From assembly GCA_965645245.1 (NCBI GenBank), contig OZ287087.1:620001-684000 (forward strand): a DNA stretch of 64,000 nt. The letters run 5' to 3'. The stretch is from Massalongia carnosa (Eukaryota). A program made the position numbers and the translations under genes. Under the pieces are notes generated by a model that was given only the letters and a program-made list of their open reading frames with translations, was not told the DNA's origin and made no database searches. Shown one piece after another: positions 13,801 to 24,192 of the stretch; within the stretch, counting starts at the first letter, position 1, and each line of letters begins with the position of its first letter.

Positions 13801-14952
13801 GCTCTTTATGGCCTGAAACAGTCGTCTAGAATCTGGTATGAAACGATCACTACTTTTTTCAAGTCTCATGAATTCGTTCCAGTCAACGCCGACCTTAGCG
13901 TTTTCGTTAAAGAAGGGGTTATCGTAGCCATTTACGTCGATGATTTAATCATCACTGGCTCTTCTTCTTCCGAGATACAACGTGTCAAGAAACTGCTGAG
14001 TGACGAGTTCTCGATGGTTGATTTAGGCCCTATCAATTACTACCTGGGCATGACGATAACTCGGGATCGGGCTAATAGGATTCTTCGCCTTGGTCAGCAG
14101 GCCTATCTGGAAAAAGTACTACGCGACCATGGCATGTGGGACACTAACCCCGTGGCTACCCCGATGGATGGGCGACTGGAGGCTGCACCAGAGGGCCATC
14201 AGGCCACAGATGACTCTCGCCTCCGCTACCAATCAGCGGTGGGCTCTCTCATGTATGCTATGCTAGGCACTAGGCCTGACTTAGCCTACGCCGTATCGGT
14301 GGTCAGCCGCTATGCCTCGAACCCGACCGATACGCACTGGAAGGCAGTCAAACGCATCTTTCGATACATCAAGGGCACTCTACCGTTGCAGTTAACATAC
14401 AAAGGTCACTTACAACCCTTGAACGGTTACACTGACGCGGATTGGGCCGGAGATCATCATACCCGAAGGTCTACCTCAGGCTTCGTGTTTAATGTGGGTA
14501 GTGGCGCTATTAGCTGGTCTTCCAAACGACAACCGACCGTAGCCCTATCTTCATGCGAAGCCGAGTACATGGGTCAGACTCAAGCCACCAAGGAAGCCGT
14601 CTGGCTGTCTAGTCTTCTCGACCAACTTTCAGCACCTCAAGTCCCTGGGATACACTCTCTCCAAACCCAGAGCACCTCTGTAGCCCTTGCCTGCTTGCCT
14701 ACATCTTTCGCCCTAAATGCTATCATCATTCACTGCGACAATCAAGGAGCAATAGCTTTGGCCAAAAATCCCCAGGCACACGCGCGGAGCAAGCATATTG
14801 ACATCCAATGGCACTACCAAAGAGAGAAGATCGAAGACAAATCAGTGGAATTTCGCTATGTTCCTACCGAAGAACAGGTAGCTGACGGCCTAACCAAGGC
14901 CCTACCAAAGGACAAATTTGTTGTCTTTCGAAAAGCTTTAGGCTTAGAATAA
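10828..14952 (+). CDS. Copia Gag-Pol polyprotein (gag, zinc knuckle, protease, integrase, RT, RNase H)
   Basis: CNHCRKDYHVESEC, WICDSGTSQH, WHARLGH...CPPC, LIHSDV/RSDCGGEY/GTAER, YVDDL, YTDADWAG, KHIDI, ADGLTK; 1374 aa uninterrupted. Confidence 0.97.
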   Translation: MSEKISGSGSYSAIDRIPKLVDHEGYPAWKRAMRDCLKMIDLWIYCDNTEAAPRPNAPNDGFNKWKKGQDKACTALRLACEGNAYTDIEDHTTASVAWDLLESNYKPRGSGFLNDTFRKLDNLILSDCSSPADYVTQFRATVNKLRTFSSKLSLDENWLIYRFHTNLGFEYNSYFERYAQDHDPFNEMGEPKHTLSQAMQHFQNTVTNPSKSSDKAVIAMAAVSNAQTQAGAQPGTAHSRIITKTIKFCNHCRKDYHVESECREKYPHLVNQDSQRKSNKRRRNSKSQGQSQKPTGNNDSTKGAFCAYMATADITKISKLWICDSGTSQHITHDRSIFTSFKTSDCPPIQGIGGVLIPKGIGNVMLRCAGNEGLREFPLFDVLYVPDGGLNLISQGQLQRDGCPLKIVPEGIEIGNYGIIARRQDNNLYILNMWNVSEAALALAAINSEAIKMWHARLGHLGNQNILKLAGMSKGMDLTKPPPQDACPPCAIAQSQVEPHRAPIQPGKHPLDLIHSDVQGPFPEALNGAKYMVTFLCDFDKRSHVTLLRVKSGVLQAFKNYKKQNEYGDKRIKRLRSDCGGEYDSKDFENFRNEHGIQWEPTVPGNPPMNGTAERLGQTLHKLASTMREGAKLDIKYWAEMVLTANYLRNRQPTAGRSITPYESHTGSPPELGHLRIIGQTGYAQNRKPSTGWKKFQERATKCTLVGYEGDHIYRMINPRGAVMRYSNVQWIDNNPPTPPSLSFSQTKRALHVGQSGPPTRKQKITHHTDSPHTDLVDAHESIESIPTGPLPSNAGKEALANQLPIEPWSQADILSKHPKLRAPSPDPLALLALLARANDPEPYEPKTYKQAVDSREEKDWRRAMQEEIDSINENDTWILTSLPPDRKALRGKWVYKIKRGPAGEILRYKARWVVRGFEQREGIDYNETFASVVKPMSYKAIFAIAAANDWEIHQMDVKTAFLYGRVDEEIYVEQPTGLDDGSTRVCKLKKALYGLKQSSRIWYETITTFFKSHEFVPVNADLSVFVKEGVIVAIYVDDLIITGSSSSEIQRVKKLLSDEFSMVDLGPINYYLGMTITRDRANRILRLGQQAYLEKVLRDHGMWDTNPVATPMDGRLEAAPEGHQATDDSRLRYQSAVGSLMYAMLGTRPDLAYAVSVVSRYASNPTDTHWKAVKRIFRYIKGTLPLQLTYKGHLQPLNGYTDADWAGDHHTRRSTSGFVFNVGSGAISWSSKRQPTVALSSCEAEYMGQTQATKEAVWLSSLLDQLSAPQVPGIHSLQTQSTSVALACLPTSFALNAIIIHCDNQGAIALAKNPQAHARSKHIDIQWHYQREKIEDKSVEFRYVPTEEQVADGLTKALPKDKFVVFRKALGLE

Positions 14953-15194
14953 ACCAGAAGCCCTTTGTTGTAAAAAATTCGACCTTAACCCAAAAAAAAA
15001 AAAAAAAAAAAAGTATCACCCACAGCTGAGCCTGTGGGGGTGTTTTCGTACATCGCCAGCAGCATTAGCCTGCGGAGTACACTGACTCACCTGCAGGTGA
15101 TCCACTGGGAAGCATGATATTATACTGGAGTATGTGGGAGTTATTGAATTTCTCTTTATCATGTGGGAGTGCTATTTCAGTGCCTGAGTGGGAG

Positions 15195-15391
15195 TGTTAG
15201 AATGTACAAATCAGGTTACTTCATTTCAGCCGCACTCACCTTCTACCGCACGAGTATGGCGCACGCTAATGGCTAGACGTATCGCTAGTCTAATACTAGC
15301 ATACCGTACATTGTCTATAAATCTAGCTATTCCCACTATATAGAACAACAGCAAGCGTTCTATCCTCTATCTACTATACTACCTTTTGATA
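15195..15391 (+). repeat. 3' LTR of Copia-1
   Basis: Same sequence as 9438-9634, followed by TSD cttcc. Confidence 0.95.
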
Positions 15392-17446
15392 CTTCCATTG
15401 TCATTAGAAAAGCTTTAGCGTACTGCCCGTCAGGATACTTTTCGATTGCGACGCAACATCTTGAGCCAATAGTCGAAGCGGCAATCTGAGCCAATTTGTC
15501 CATATTGAAATGTACGCATCTTTGTGACGTCTCGAGCTCTTCATTGCTAACAAAGCGACCTCGCGTGAAACGAAAGAAAGCCTCATTTTCCTGCCAGCCT
15601 AAAACACATGAGCGATCGTAAAGGGAGGTGAGCCGCCAAGATTCTCACTACGATTTCTACCAAATGACGACTGATGAGATGCCTTATGTGTCCACATCCA
15701 CATTGACTCCGCGATATTAGAGTTTATAGAGATACTCCTGTGCATGGAAGATAGTGACAGAGAGCTTCTTGCACATGCGCCGAACGTCCTGTAGTAAGCA
15801 TGACTGAAAAGAGACATGTCGATAAATAATCAAAATCCTGTAACTCAAGCTACGCTAAGCAAGTAATATTATTCCGGCGTCAGAGATAATGCCGCACCAT
15901 TGTGTGCAGGATCAGATTCATCGAGTTTATACTTTGTCTAGATGAGGCAGAGGAATAACTGGTTCATGGATTTTGCATGTTTGTGCGAATGTGTGTGATG
16001 AAGAATGCTTAAGGACAATAGAGCCACGGCGTCACAAGACGGTTTGACTATCACCCGTTAAGACCGATCATGATACATCACAAGCCTAGAAGTCTTACAG
16101 TAATGCACAATACGAAGTCAATCGCATCTCGCTGCTCTGCTATCTCGAACAGTTAATCCGACTCTATAAGACAGACTCCTTAACTCGGAGATCCGGCTTC
16201 GATGTCTAGTGAAATGAAGGCAAGACGCAAGTGTTAAGGATTACGCCCTACATGACTCATCTTAAGGTTTATATAATACGACCTTTACTCAGGAAGGTCA
16301 GAGACAAGGCCTTGTCCCTTTAAAAGTGCTTTTTACATTCAAGGTAAGATGACCTTTTAATGCTTGGGAGTTTCTTCAGGCTATCATATTCGAAGACAAA
16401 TTGATGCTGATAGATACTTGCTCATTTTAAGCTTAGAATTCCGTTTCCGTATTTAATATCCTTTGCGCCATCTTCACGCACAGCCATCTACAGTCTTTAC
16501 GAGACAACAGTGCTCGTGACTTGATCTGATTCTCTGTTCAGCATGAGCCGCGCAATCAAAGAGCACTTGAATAGCCTGATGGGCTGGGTCCTCCAGAGCC
16601 GTTCCCGAATGGAGAGAATCGTATCCGGCACGGGAACACCCGGCACCAGGGCTGCACCAACATAAGCTGGGAATAACGATGCCAATATTGGGCTTCGCTT
16701 GGACTATGGCGAAAGATTCAACAGGGACGGAAAGACATATAGACGGGTCAATCTGTAGGTGAATAAGGGTGCAGAAAACCCAACACTTAAAGTCCTGGCG
16801 AATACAAACTCGCATGAGGTCTGGTCTCATGCAGCTGTTCTTATCGAGACTGAACAGACATACGCGATGACGGTTAGTGTCGACAGTGTCAGGACTCGGG
16901 TGTGGGAGCGCTAAATCTTCCCGACCGAAGCCTCGGAGATAAGCTTCTAGAGCCGGATGGAAACTTCGAGAAGAAGGGCAAACGGGGCATATCTTCTTCG
17001 TAGATAGATTTCTCTCTTTCATGCTTAGTTAGTAGTTCTTACAGACGGTTCTACAGGCAAAAAGATACGTGTCACGAGTGAACCTTCAAGTGAATGGTTA
17101 TCTACATAGTCAGGATCAGTGACGCCTAAAATTTTCATTGAAGAAGACTTATTAAAGGAAAGAGCGGTGAAACTATTCGAGGATTTGAAAGACGAATATG
17201 AAAGTCTAATGTCTGATAATCTGATAATAAAAGACTAAACTTATCGTATGTTGATAAAACTTTATCCCCACTAGAATTCCCTCGTTGTAGAGCTAACAAT
17301 GATATCGTAAATAAGTTTCTTATCTCTCCTCACGAGGACAATATCGAAATTTGTGTTATCGGAAATTGCGGTCGTTTTGACGGTCGAAATGATATTAAAA
17401 AATCTTTTCCGAAATATTGGTCGGTAAAGTCAAGTACTTTGTAATA

Positions 17447-18251
17447 GATAGATAGATATATTCTTACGCCGATATGTCACCGGCCGAAGGCCGGCCCATG
17501 CGGGATGGACTACTATGCTACAGGAAAACTTTTAAGAGGAATAAAAACCCATTGCCAACGCTGCGCGTACGAGGTCCCAACGACCTCCAGCTGTGCTGCT
17601 CGTGTGCTTTTTCGATGAGTCCCTTGAATGAAAAGAAAATTATTGCTTGTATAGCAAGCTTGCCGATAAAGCAAATTGCGCCAAAACGCCAGCTTCGATA
17701 ATCCATCTCGTTACCTGTTTCAATGTTTTGGATGTTTCGATTATCGTACGATACTCGTTGGTATTTATACGCCGAAACAGCTCTTGTCTTCCCGTCATTA
17801 ATGGGCAGTGCATTATTACGTGTTTGGCCGTTTGCTGGGGCCAACCACAGCTGCAGGGCGCCGTCGTCACGTTGGGAACTCGTCGTTTAAATAGAAAACT
17901 TGCCAGACCTATTTTTTCCGTGCGAATTTGGGTAGCTAACGCGCTTTCCGCTTTTGCCAGATTGTCGTGTATTTTGATTCTTCCTTTGGTTAAGGAAGCG
18001 CGCTGTGCTTCGGTGGGAAAGGGTACGCGATCTTGATATGCTTTCCAGGTTGTCTGCCATTTCGTTTTGTAATGCGCTTTTGTGGCTTTTGTGTGAGCGC
18101 TGCGACTCATCCTTACTGCATTGGCTGTGAGCATGTGTTGTTCCGTAGGCGTAATCCAGGGTGGGTGCGGCGTTGGGGCTGCGGTGGGTATAGCGCTGAT
18201 CACTGTGTTTTTGGCCCATTCGTGCTTGAGCATTCCTGGGGTCGGTTTCGG
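17447..18251 (-). mobile_element. 5'-truncated Tad1-like LINE
   Basis: ORF2 C-terminus TQIRTEKIGL...CSCGWPQQTAKHVIMHCP; (tatc)n tail; 15-bp TSD aagtactttgtaata at 17432-17446 and 18252-18266. Confidence 0.92.
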
Positions 18252-18315
18252 AAGTACTTTGTAATAAAACGTTTATTATTACGTTATATTGTTTTTAATT
18301 CTATCGATTTTAATA

Positions 18316-18994
18316 GGGAACTAATACCGGGACACCCCTTTTCACTACCTCGACACCCTCATTCTCTAGGTTAATACCCCCAAGTAAGCTAACCCGATTA
18401 GATAGTTTATCCGTTCCGGAGCTGGAACTTCGAAAATTTCTGCACTCATACCTGCATGCATTTCATAAGACGTCCTACAATCGCGATGCGTTTACAATCG
18501 GAAAGAGCAACGAAAGGCTGATAACTCTACTCAACGGGAGTTATCAGAGTTCGAACATGTCGAGGAGTTGTTGAATGGGCCTCCGAGGCGGGGACGGGGG
18601 CGGAGGCCGATGCGGAGGCGAGGTCGAGGACGGGGGCGAGGGCGAGGACGGGGTAGAGAGAGGAATGATGAGCCGTCACAAGATGAGCCGTCACAAGATG
18701 AAGAGGTAGTCTCCGATGAAGCTATCCAATCGATTGAAGTAGATGAAGTGGATTTGTTTCAGGCCTTTCGAATGTAAATACGAAATGAGCTCAATTCATT
18801 GAAAACGATTATCGAGGAAGCATCAAACGACTGTCTAAAACACACCTGAATTTCTTCAAATCGAGAATGTTCTCTTCAGTTGTTTCTGCGTCCGAGGGAA
18901 ATTTATACTCAATCGAGTTAGCTTACTTGGGGGTGTTAACCTAGAGAATGAGGGTGTCGAGGTAGTGAAAAGGGGTGCCCCGGTATTAGTTCCC
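18316..18994 (+). mobile_element. Non-autonomous Mutator-like (MULE) deletion derivative with ~77-bp TIRs
   Basis: gggaactaataccggg...gtaagctaac / gttagcttac...cggtattagttccc; internal STQRELSEFEHVE plus RG-rich tail resembles fungal MULE transposase C-termini; flanks ttttaata/ttttaaaa are a possible imperfect TSD. Confidence 0.75.
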
Positions 18995-19183
18995 TTTTAA
19001 AATTCAGCTTTAATCAATAAGTTTACTTTTCTTGTATTATGATTAAACATCATATTATGTTTGTTATATATCCTGTCGTTCGTCTTGTAAAATAATAGAA
19101 TTACAACTATAATTTCTCCGATTTTCAGAATACATTTTTATTAATACTCGGTGTTTTCTATCTATTAATTCAACTTCATCGTA

Positions 19184-19411
19184 CCCGAGTGAACCACTAT
19201 ACGAAACGGTGACCGACTGTCATGTCTACAGTCTAGCTATCAACCATAGTACTGTGGAGGGGGTTCATTCAGATGACCGCCCCTCTACTATTCAACGGTC
19301 CACTCCCGAGTGGACCACTATACGAAACGATGGCCGAATGTCATGCCTACAGCCTAGCCACCACCCATACTACCGCGGAGGGGGACCATTCCGGATGTCG
19401 CCCCTTTATCA
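19184..19411. repeat. Two diverged copies of a ~121-bp unit
   Basis: cccgagtgRaccactatacgaaacg at 19184 and 19305. Confidence 0.8.
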
Positions 19412-19570
19412 CATCGAACGTAGTCCGAATAGGCCACTCCAATCACATTTCGGGGGTCCCTAGGGACCCCTAAAACACTCTCTATGAATTTCATCATGCG
19501 ATAATAGGGCACAGGCGCGGTTTATATTTAGATTTTACATAGAACAAAGAGTGGAAAAAACCCCGTTCTC

Positions 19571-20854
19571 CTACGCGTCCATCTCTTGAACTTGCTGGAA
19601 AAACTCCATGGCTTTCATGCTCGTGGATTCGGGACCCCATACCGAAGGGCGGTGCCGCTGGATTCTGTGACGTGTGGAACGATGTGAGCGATGCGATGTT
19701 TGCTCCACCCTTGCGTTAGAGTCGATGAGCGTTCGTCTGGCATCTGAGCCTGCGGGACGCGATCGTTGTCGCTGTGTAGTTGTCTGCCCCGTATTGTTGT
19801 TGCATTGCGTTGCAGCCTCAACGCCCATGCTGCTGTTTTGTAACGTAGGCTCAACTGATGCATTCCCCGTGCCACCGCGTTCTTGGTTTCCTCGTGTATC
19901 ATCTAATGAATCCAGAGATGAATCGCTGGAATCATCGTCATGATGTACGGGAGCATTCCAGTCGCGCATTGCAGATGCAGTGTTCGCGCCTTCGTCGGCG
20001 TACAGGTCGTGAAGTTCTAGAAGCTCGTCTCGAATGGTGTGCGGGATGCCTTGTGATAGAGAGCCGAGAGCTAAGAACGCGCGACGCAGCGCGGCGGTCG
20101 GGGCTCCATGCCATGTGGCAGTTTCTGTGAAAGGGCTCAGTCCTACATTGATGGGAGGCCCAAAGCAATGAAAATAATTCCGTAACACATAGCGATGATA
20201 GAGGCCGCCACAATCCTCTGCCTGTATCAATCCCTTGTCGACTTGACGGTTGTGATACATGATGGCGGTGGGAATCAAGCGGTCAGGCATGGTGCCTGTA
20301 TCTTGTGCAATCTTATCTCTGCGCACTCTATCTTTGCGTTCAAATTGGATAAAGTACCGAACATCTGTCGGCGCAAAGACGAAGCCGGGATTAATATAGT
20401 CGTTGAAGTTTGCATGACAAAGCGGACACAAGGTAATGGCGTTGTCAATATGCCCCAGGGTATCAAAAGGAATGAGGTTATGTTGTCGAAGCCAAGGGAA
20501 CTGATCGTCGTACTCGTCAGCACGGTCGAACTTGAGAACCCAGATCATATGCGTTATCTTGGAATCCTTTCTAGCAATGACATGGCATACCACCGTCGGA
20601 GAGGCCCCACAATGCCAACAGTTGACTCCATTGTTAAGCTTCACAACCTTCTCCTTTGTTGCTGCCGAGAAACCGCTGGCAGCCGAATGTTGATGAACGG
20701 ACGACGTTGTCATGGAACTCTCTGCGATGCTTTGAGTTTCGGACGGAGCCTGCTTTCTTTTCCTATTGGGAGGATGAGATGAATCCGAGCGACCTTGCTT
20801 GTCGGAGTTTGATGGAGGTAGCATAAGGGACTCGGTCGCTGATGACAGAGACAT
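19571..20854 (-). CDS. Fungal HNH-endonuclease-domain protein
   Basis: CWHCGA...CHVI...NAITLCPLCHANFN His-Me finger motif; low-complexity termini; likely retained 57-nt intron 20501-20557. Confidence 0.8.
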   Translation of the reverse strand: MSLSSATESLMLPPSNSDKQGRSDSSHPPNRKRKQAPSETQSIAESSMTTSSVHQHSAASGFSAATKEKVVKLNNGVNCWHCGASPTVVCHVIARKDSKITHMIWVLKFDRADEYDDQFPWLRQHNLIPFDTLGHIDNAITLCPLCHANFNDYINPGFVFAPTDVRYFIQFERKDRVRRDKIAQDTGTMPDRLIPTAIMYHNRQVDKGLIQAEDCGGLYHRYVLRNYFHCFGPPINVGLSPFTETATWHGAPTAALRRAFLALGSLSQGIPHTIRDELLELHDLYADEGANTASAMRDWNAPVHHDDDSSDSSLDSLDDTRGNQERGGTGNASVEPTLQNSSMGVEAATQCNNNTGQTTTQRQRSRPAGSDARRTLIDSNARVEQTSHRSHRSTRHRIQRHRPSVWGPESTSMKAMEFFQQVQEMDA

Positions 20855-21078
20855 TGCTAGGAGTTAAGAGCCAAGAATCGCGAACGACGAATGAGGAATA
20901 TAAGAGTTGTTCATTCTCGACCTACTCTGAAATGGGTTGACAATTGTGGCAACGAGCTCTTGTGCTCCGTAAATCTTTTGACACCCGCAGCAAAGAAGTG
21001 CGAAACTTCAGGTAGGTAGAATAGCTGGAAATACATCTCAGAGAAATGAAGGGAACAGGTCTAAACTACAATAGAGTA

Positions 21079-23255
21079 TCCCTCTCGCTGTCATTCTAGC
21101 ACCCCCCCTCCAAGCTAACCTATATTGGACTAGCTTCCGCACCGATGAGTCATCAGAACATTAGTTTTCTCTTGAGTGTTTGCGCGTTTGTTTACTTTTC
21201 AAAGAATACTATTCGGTCATTCAATCAAAATAAAACACATAAATTACTATTCTTCTAGCTTCGGAATTGATATTATAAGTATGACGCTCAATAAAGAAGA
21301 AATCCCGAGTGTATCAGACAAATCTCCTATTTCAGCGAAGCAACATAAATAAAATCGCAAAAGAAGTATTCGAGATATTTTAATTAACCTTCCCCCTATT
21401 TTCCTCGAAATATACCCCCATTCGGGTTGAAAACAGGCCTTTTGATCCGCTCGTTGAAAACGATTCTCGAAATCCTTTGGGATTATTTCGGTTATTTATA
21501 ACAAGGAAGCATTGTCGTATCATCGCAAATTATACTAATATCAAGGCATATAACTACATGGAAAAGGAGAAGGAGAACAATCATCGGGTTAGGACTGACA
21601 CTACTGACTCGGAAATTGAGGTTTTTTGGGCATAATAATTCTTATGGGACTCGATTATCTACCTGCTACAGAGGATTATTGGAATTAACGTCCTGACAAA
21701 CCAGTCATCATGCCTATTCTTTCCGCGATGTCGCTTGGTCGATTTCAACAAATCAAACGATTTTTGAAAATCAATAATAGACGGACTGAGCCTATCGGAC
21801 TTGGTCAAGGACCTGATTAGTAGAAGAAACTGGAACCGTTGGCTACTGATTTCCGAAAGACTTCATTGAAACATTGCAGACCAGGAAGTATGATATCTAT
21901 AGATGAACAGCTGGTGTTATTCAAGGGCCGTTCTCGACATACCTTGCAGATTACTACAAAAAGTGCCCATAAAGGATTCAAAATCTACAGTCTCTGTCAG
22001 GATACTTATCTGTTGTCATTTATGTTTGCCTCGAAAAGTAGCAGAATAAGTGAATTGAAAACCGTCAGACAATTGGGATTTTTGCCAAAAGATAAACTAA
22101 CTCCTAGTGCTTTACTAGTGATTCAGTTATGTAAAGAACTTCCATCCTTACTGAATCATCATCTTTTCTGTGATAATTTCTTTACTAGTACGAAATTATT
22201 AAAGGTACTTCGATCAATCGGAATAGCTGCCAGTAGAACTGCTAAAAAGGGCTCGGGCTTTCCAGAAGAATTGTTGGCCATACGGGACGTCACTTCAAAA
22301 GGAAAAGACTGGGGTCTTCAGGCCCATATAGTAGTCGACGATGAGGTGCTTTGTATGGGCTGGGTGGATAATAATAGTGTGCAGTACATGACCACCGGTC
22401 ATTCTCCTCAGGACTTGTACGAAATGCACTATATAAATCCGCACAAGAGATATGGAATTCCCGAGACCTCTCTTCAACCTATTGTACCGTATTTCCTATC
22501 AATTCTGGCTCACTCCATTCCCTTGCTCAATCAAGAGGTTCAACGGCCCTTAGGATTACCGATACCAGCCTCAATCAAAGAATATAATCTTCATATGGGG
22601 GGATCGGATGGTAACGCTCAGCAACGAGCGATTTACTCATACAATCGTCGAACGGATCGTTACTGGTGGCCTTTGTTCGTTTTTATTTTAGATGCAGCCG
22701 GATTGAATGCCTATAAACTTTACTCGCTGAACTCTTTCGATTCCGAGGAGATAAAATTTACTCGTTCTGAATTTCTTCGTCGGATTGCTCTTAAACTGAT
22801 ATCAAATCAAGCGGGCATCAGGCCCGGCTCATCAAAGATAAGCATCAATACCGCGATTGATGCTTTAGTACAATCTCCCATTTATCATTACGTTTGTCTT
22901 GAAGGCAGAAAAAGATGTGTGCAATGTAACGCCGAGAAAAAACGACCTTCAAAGCGGAAGGGAGAGCCACTGGCTGAAATATGTGTCGATGGGCGAAAAA
23001 GAAGGCGAAGGAGTGCTCAGACTATATGGGCTTGTGGAGGATGCAATCCAATCAGGCCCTGCTGTAAGAAAGCCAGCCGTTGGGAAGCTATTCATATGAT
23101 AGGGGACGAGTAAATAGGTATCTGATACTCCGTACATATGAATATAAACTTCTTGTGAATAGGAATAATATTGATCGGTCAAAACTTTAAGGTTTAGCGC
23201 TTTCTAACCAACAATGGTTTAGCTTGGGGGGGTGCTAGAATGACAGCGAAAGGGA
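21079..23255 (+). mobile_element. piggyBac-family (DDE_Tnp_1_7-like) DNA transposon with ~42-bp TIRs, flanked by TA
   Basis: TIRs tccctctcgctgtcattctagcacccccc / ggggggtgctagaatgacagcgaaaggga; TA at 21077-78 and 23256-57. Confidence 0.85.
21281..23113 (+). pseudogene. piggyBac-like transposase, N-terminal third disrupted
   Basis: SIDEQLVLFKGRS, FCDNFFTS, YNLHMGGSD, WWPLF, C-terminal Cys cluster (CVQC...CGGC...CC); upstream stops including PD**KKLEP (TGG TGG->TAG TAG). Confidence 0.85.
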
Positions 23256-23272
23256 TAGGTGCAACAGAGGCA

Positions 23273-23316
23273 ATTGCGCTGACTCATCATATCGCCTTAT
23301 GATGAGTCAGCACAAT
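23273..23316. promoter_or_regulatory. 19-bp inverted repeat carrying two TGACTCA (AP-1/Gcn4-type) sites
   Basis: attgcgctgactcatcata-tcgcct-tatgatgagtcagcacaat, 18/19 complementary; function inferred only. Confidence 0.45.
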
Positions 23317-24192
23317 CGGATTTGTTCGGGCTTAAGCGCTAATTAGAAATGTCATAGACGAGCTTTTATGTCATTGAGTACCGATCCCATCACGATATAA
23401 AAACCTTACCCATCTTGTCGGCCCTCCGCTTGTTTCTCCACTTCTGGCCCGCCCCTCCAGCGACGGCTCCAGACAGTCATTGCCTGGTCCATATCCACCT
23501 CTCGAAATCAACAAGTCCTGATGTTATGATCTCCCTTCTCCACAGCTCGAGCAACCCTGCGCTTACCCTATTATAGAAACTATCTTTTTCCTTCCCTTCT
23601 TTTTTTCTGAGCATTATCCTTTTATATCCAATGCCGAGGCAAAATTATCGTAAGTAGTAGATCTTTCAGCAACACTGGGCGCATAGACTCATTAATGATA
23701 CACCGTTCCGATAGCTCGACTGTACTTATTTCGACTTAATTCGATTTTCGCAACTCTCATCAAAGCATGAGCATGCGCATATAAAAATATCATGTCTTGT
23801 TATCGCAGATAGCTACTTAGGGGTGAAAGAAGTGCTTCGGGCCGAGAAATCATAAGCATTCGTCGAGCAGCAGCGCTTTAAGTGAAATTATAAGCCTGAG
23901 GATTCAGGACTCACTCTTTCATCAACTCCAGATTATTGCTAATTATGATGATCCAGCGATTTTTGATAGCGATTGTTATTCTGCATCAATTCATTGACCT
24001 ATGAAGTACACTTCTCATATCATGACGAAGGAGTTCATCCGATTGCGCAAGACTTTGTCATCGTTGTTCTGCTCTCATGTGTTGGTATTAAAGAGCAGAA
24101 AAATCATTAATACGCATCGGAGTTCATTTCGCCCGAAACCAATCGTGTAATTTTTTGAAGCATCACATGCAAAAAAAAATGATGTTTTGCTA

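Larger units (their letters stand above)
9438..15391 (+). mobile_element. Full-length Ty1/Copia LTR retrotransposon
   Basis: Two 197-bp LTRs identical by eye, 5-bp TSD cttcc, PBS ggttatgagccc, purine tract gagtgggag, intact polyprotein ORF. Confidence 0.97.
7926..15817 (-). pseudogene. APH/choline-kinase-like phosphotransferase (AIM9-like family), split by Copia and frameshifted
   Basis: N-terminal exons 15817-15392 (FFRFTRGRF...KAFLMTME) join across TSD cttcc to DGKQVV...PNPNAG...ASEVATMEF; C-terminal exon has LWHPDLHQENIFV and IIDWQS; extra 2-bp frameshift at ~8972 and an intron acceptor lacking AG at ~9299. Confidence 0.9.

Noticed and set aside
14992..15012. Poly(A) tract as a retroposed tail
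   Set aside because: Inside the Copia 3' UTR with no TSD; a simple homopolymer
16474..17022. 182-aa minus ORF as a gene
   Set aside because: No recognisable motif; has a possible GTATGT...CAG intron but no convincing spliced product; may be a decayed gene
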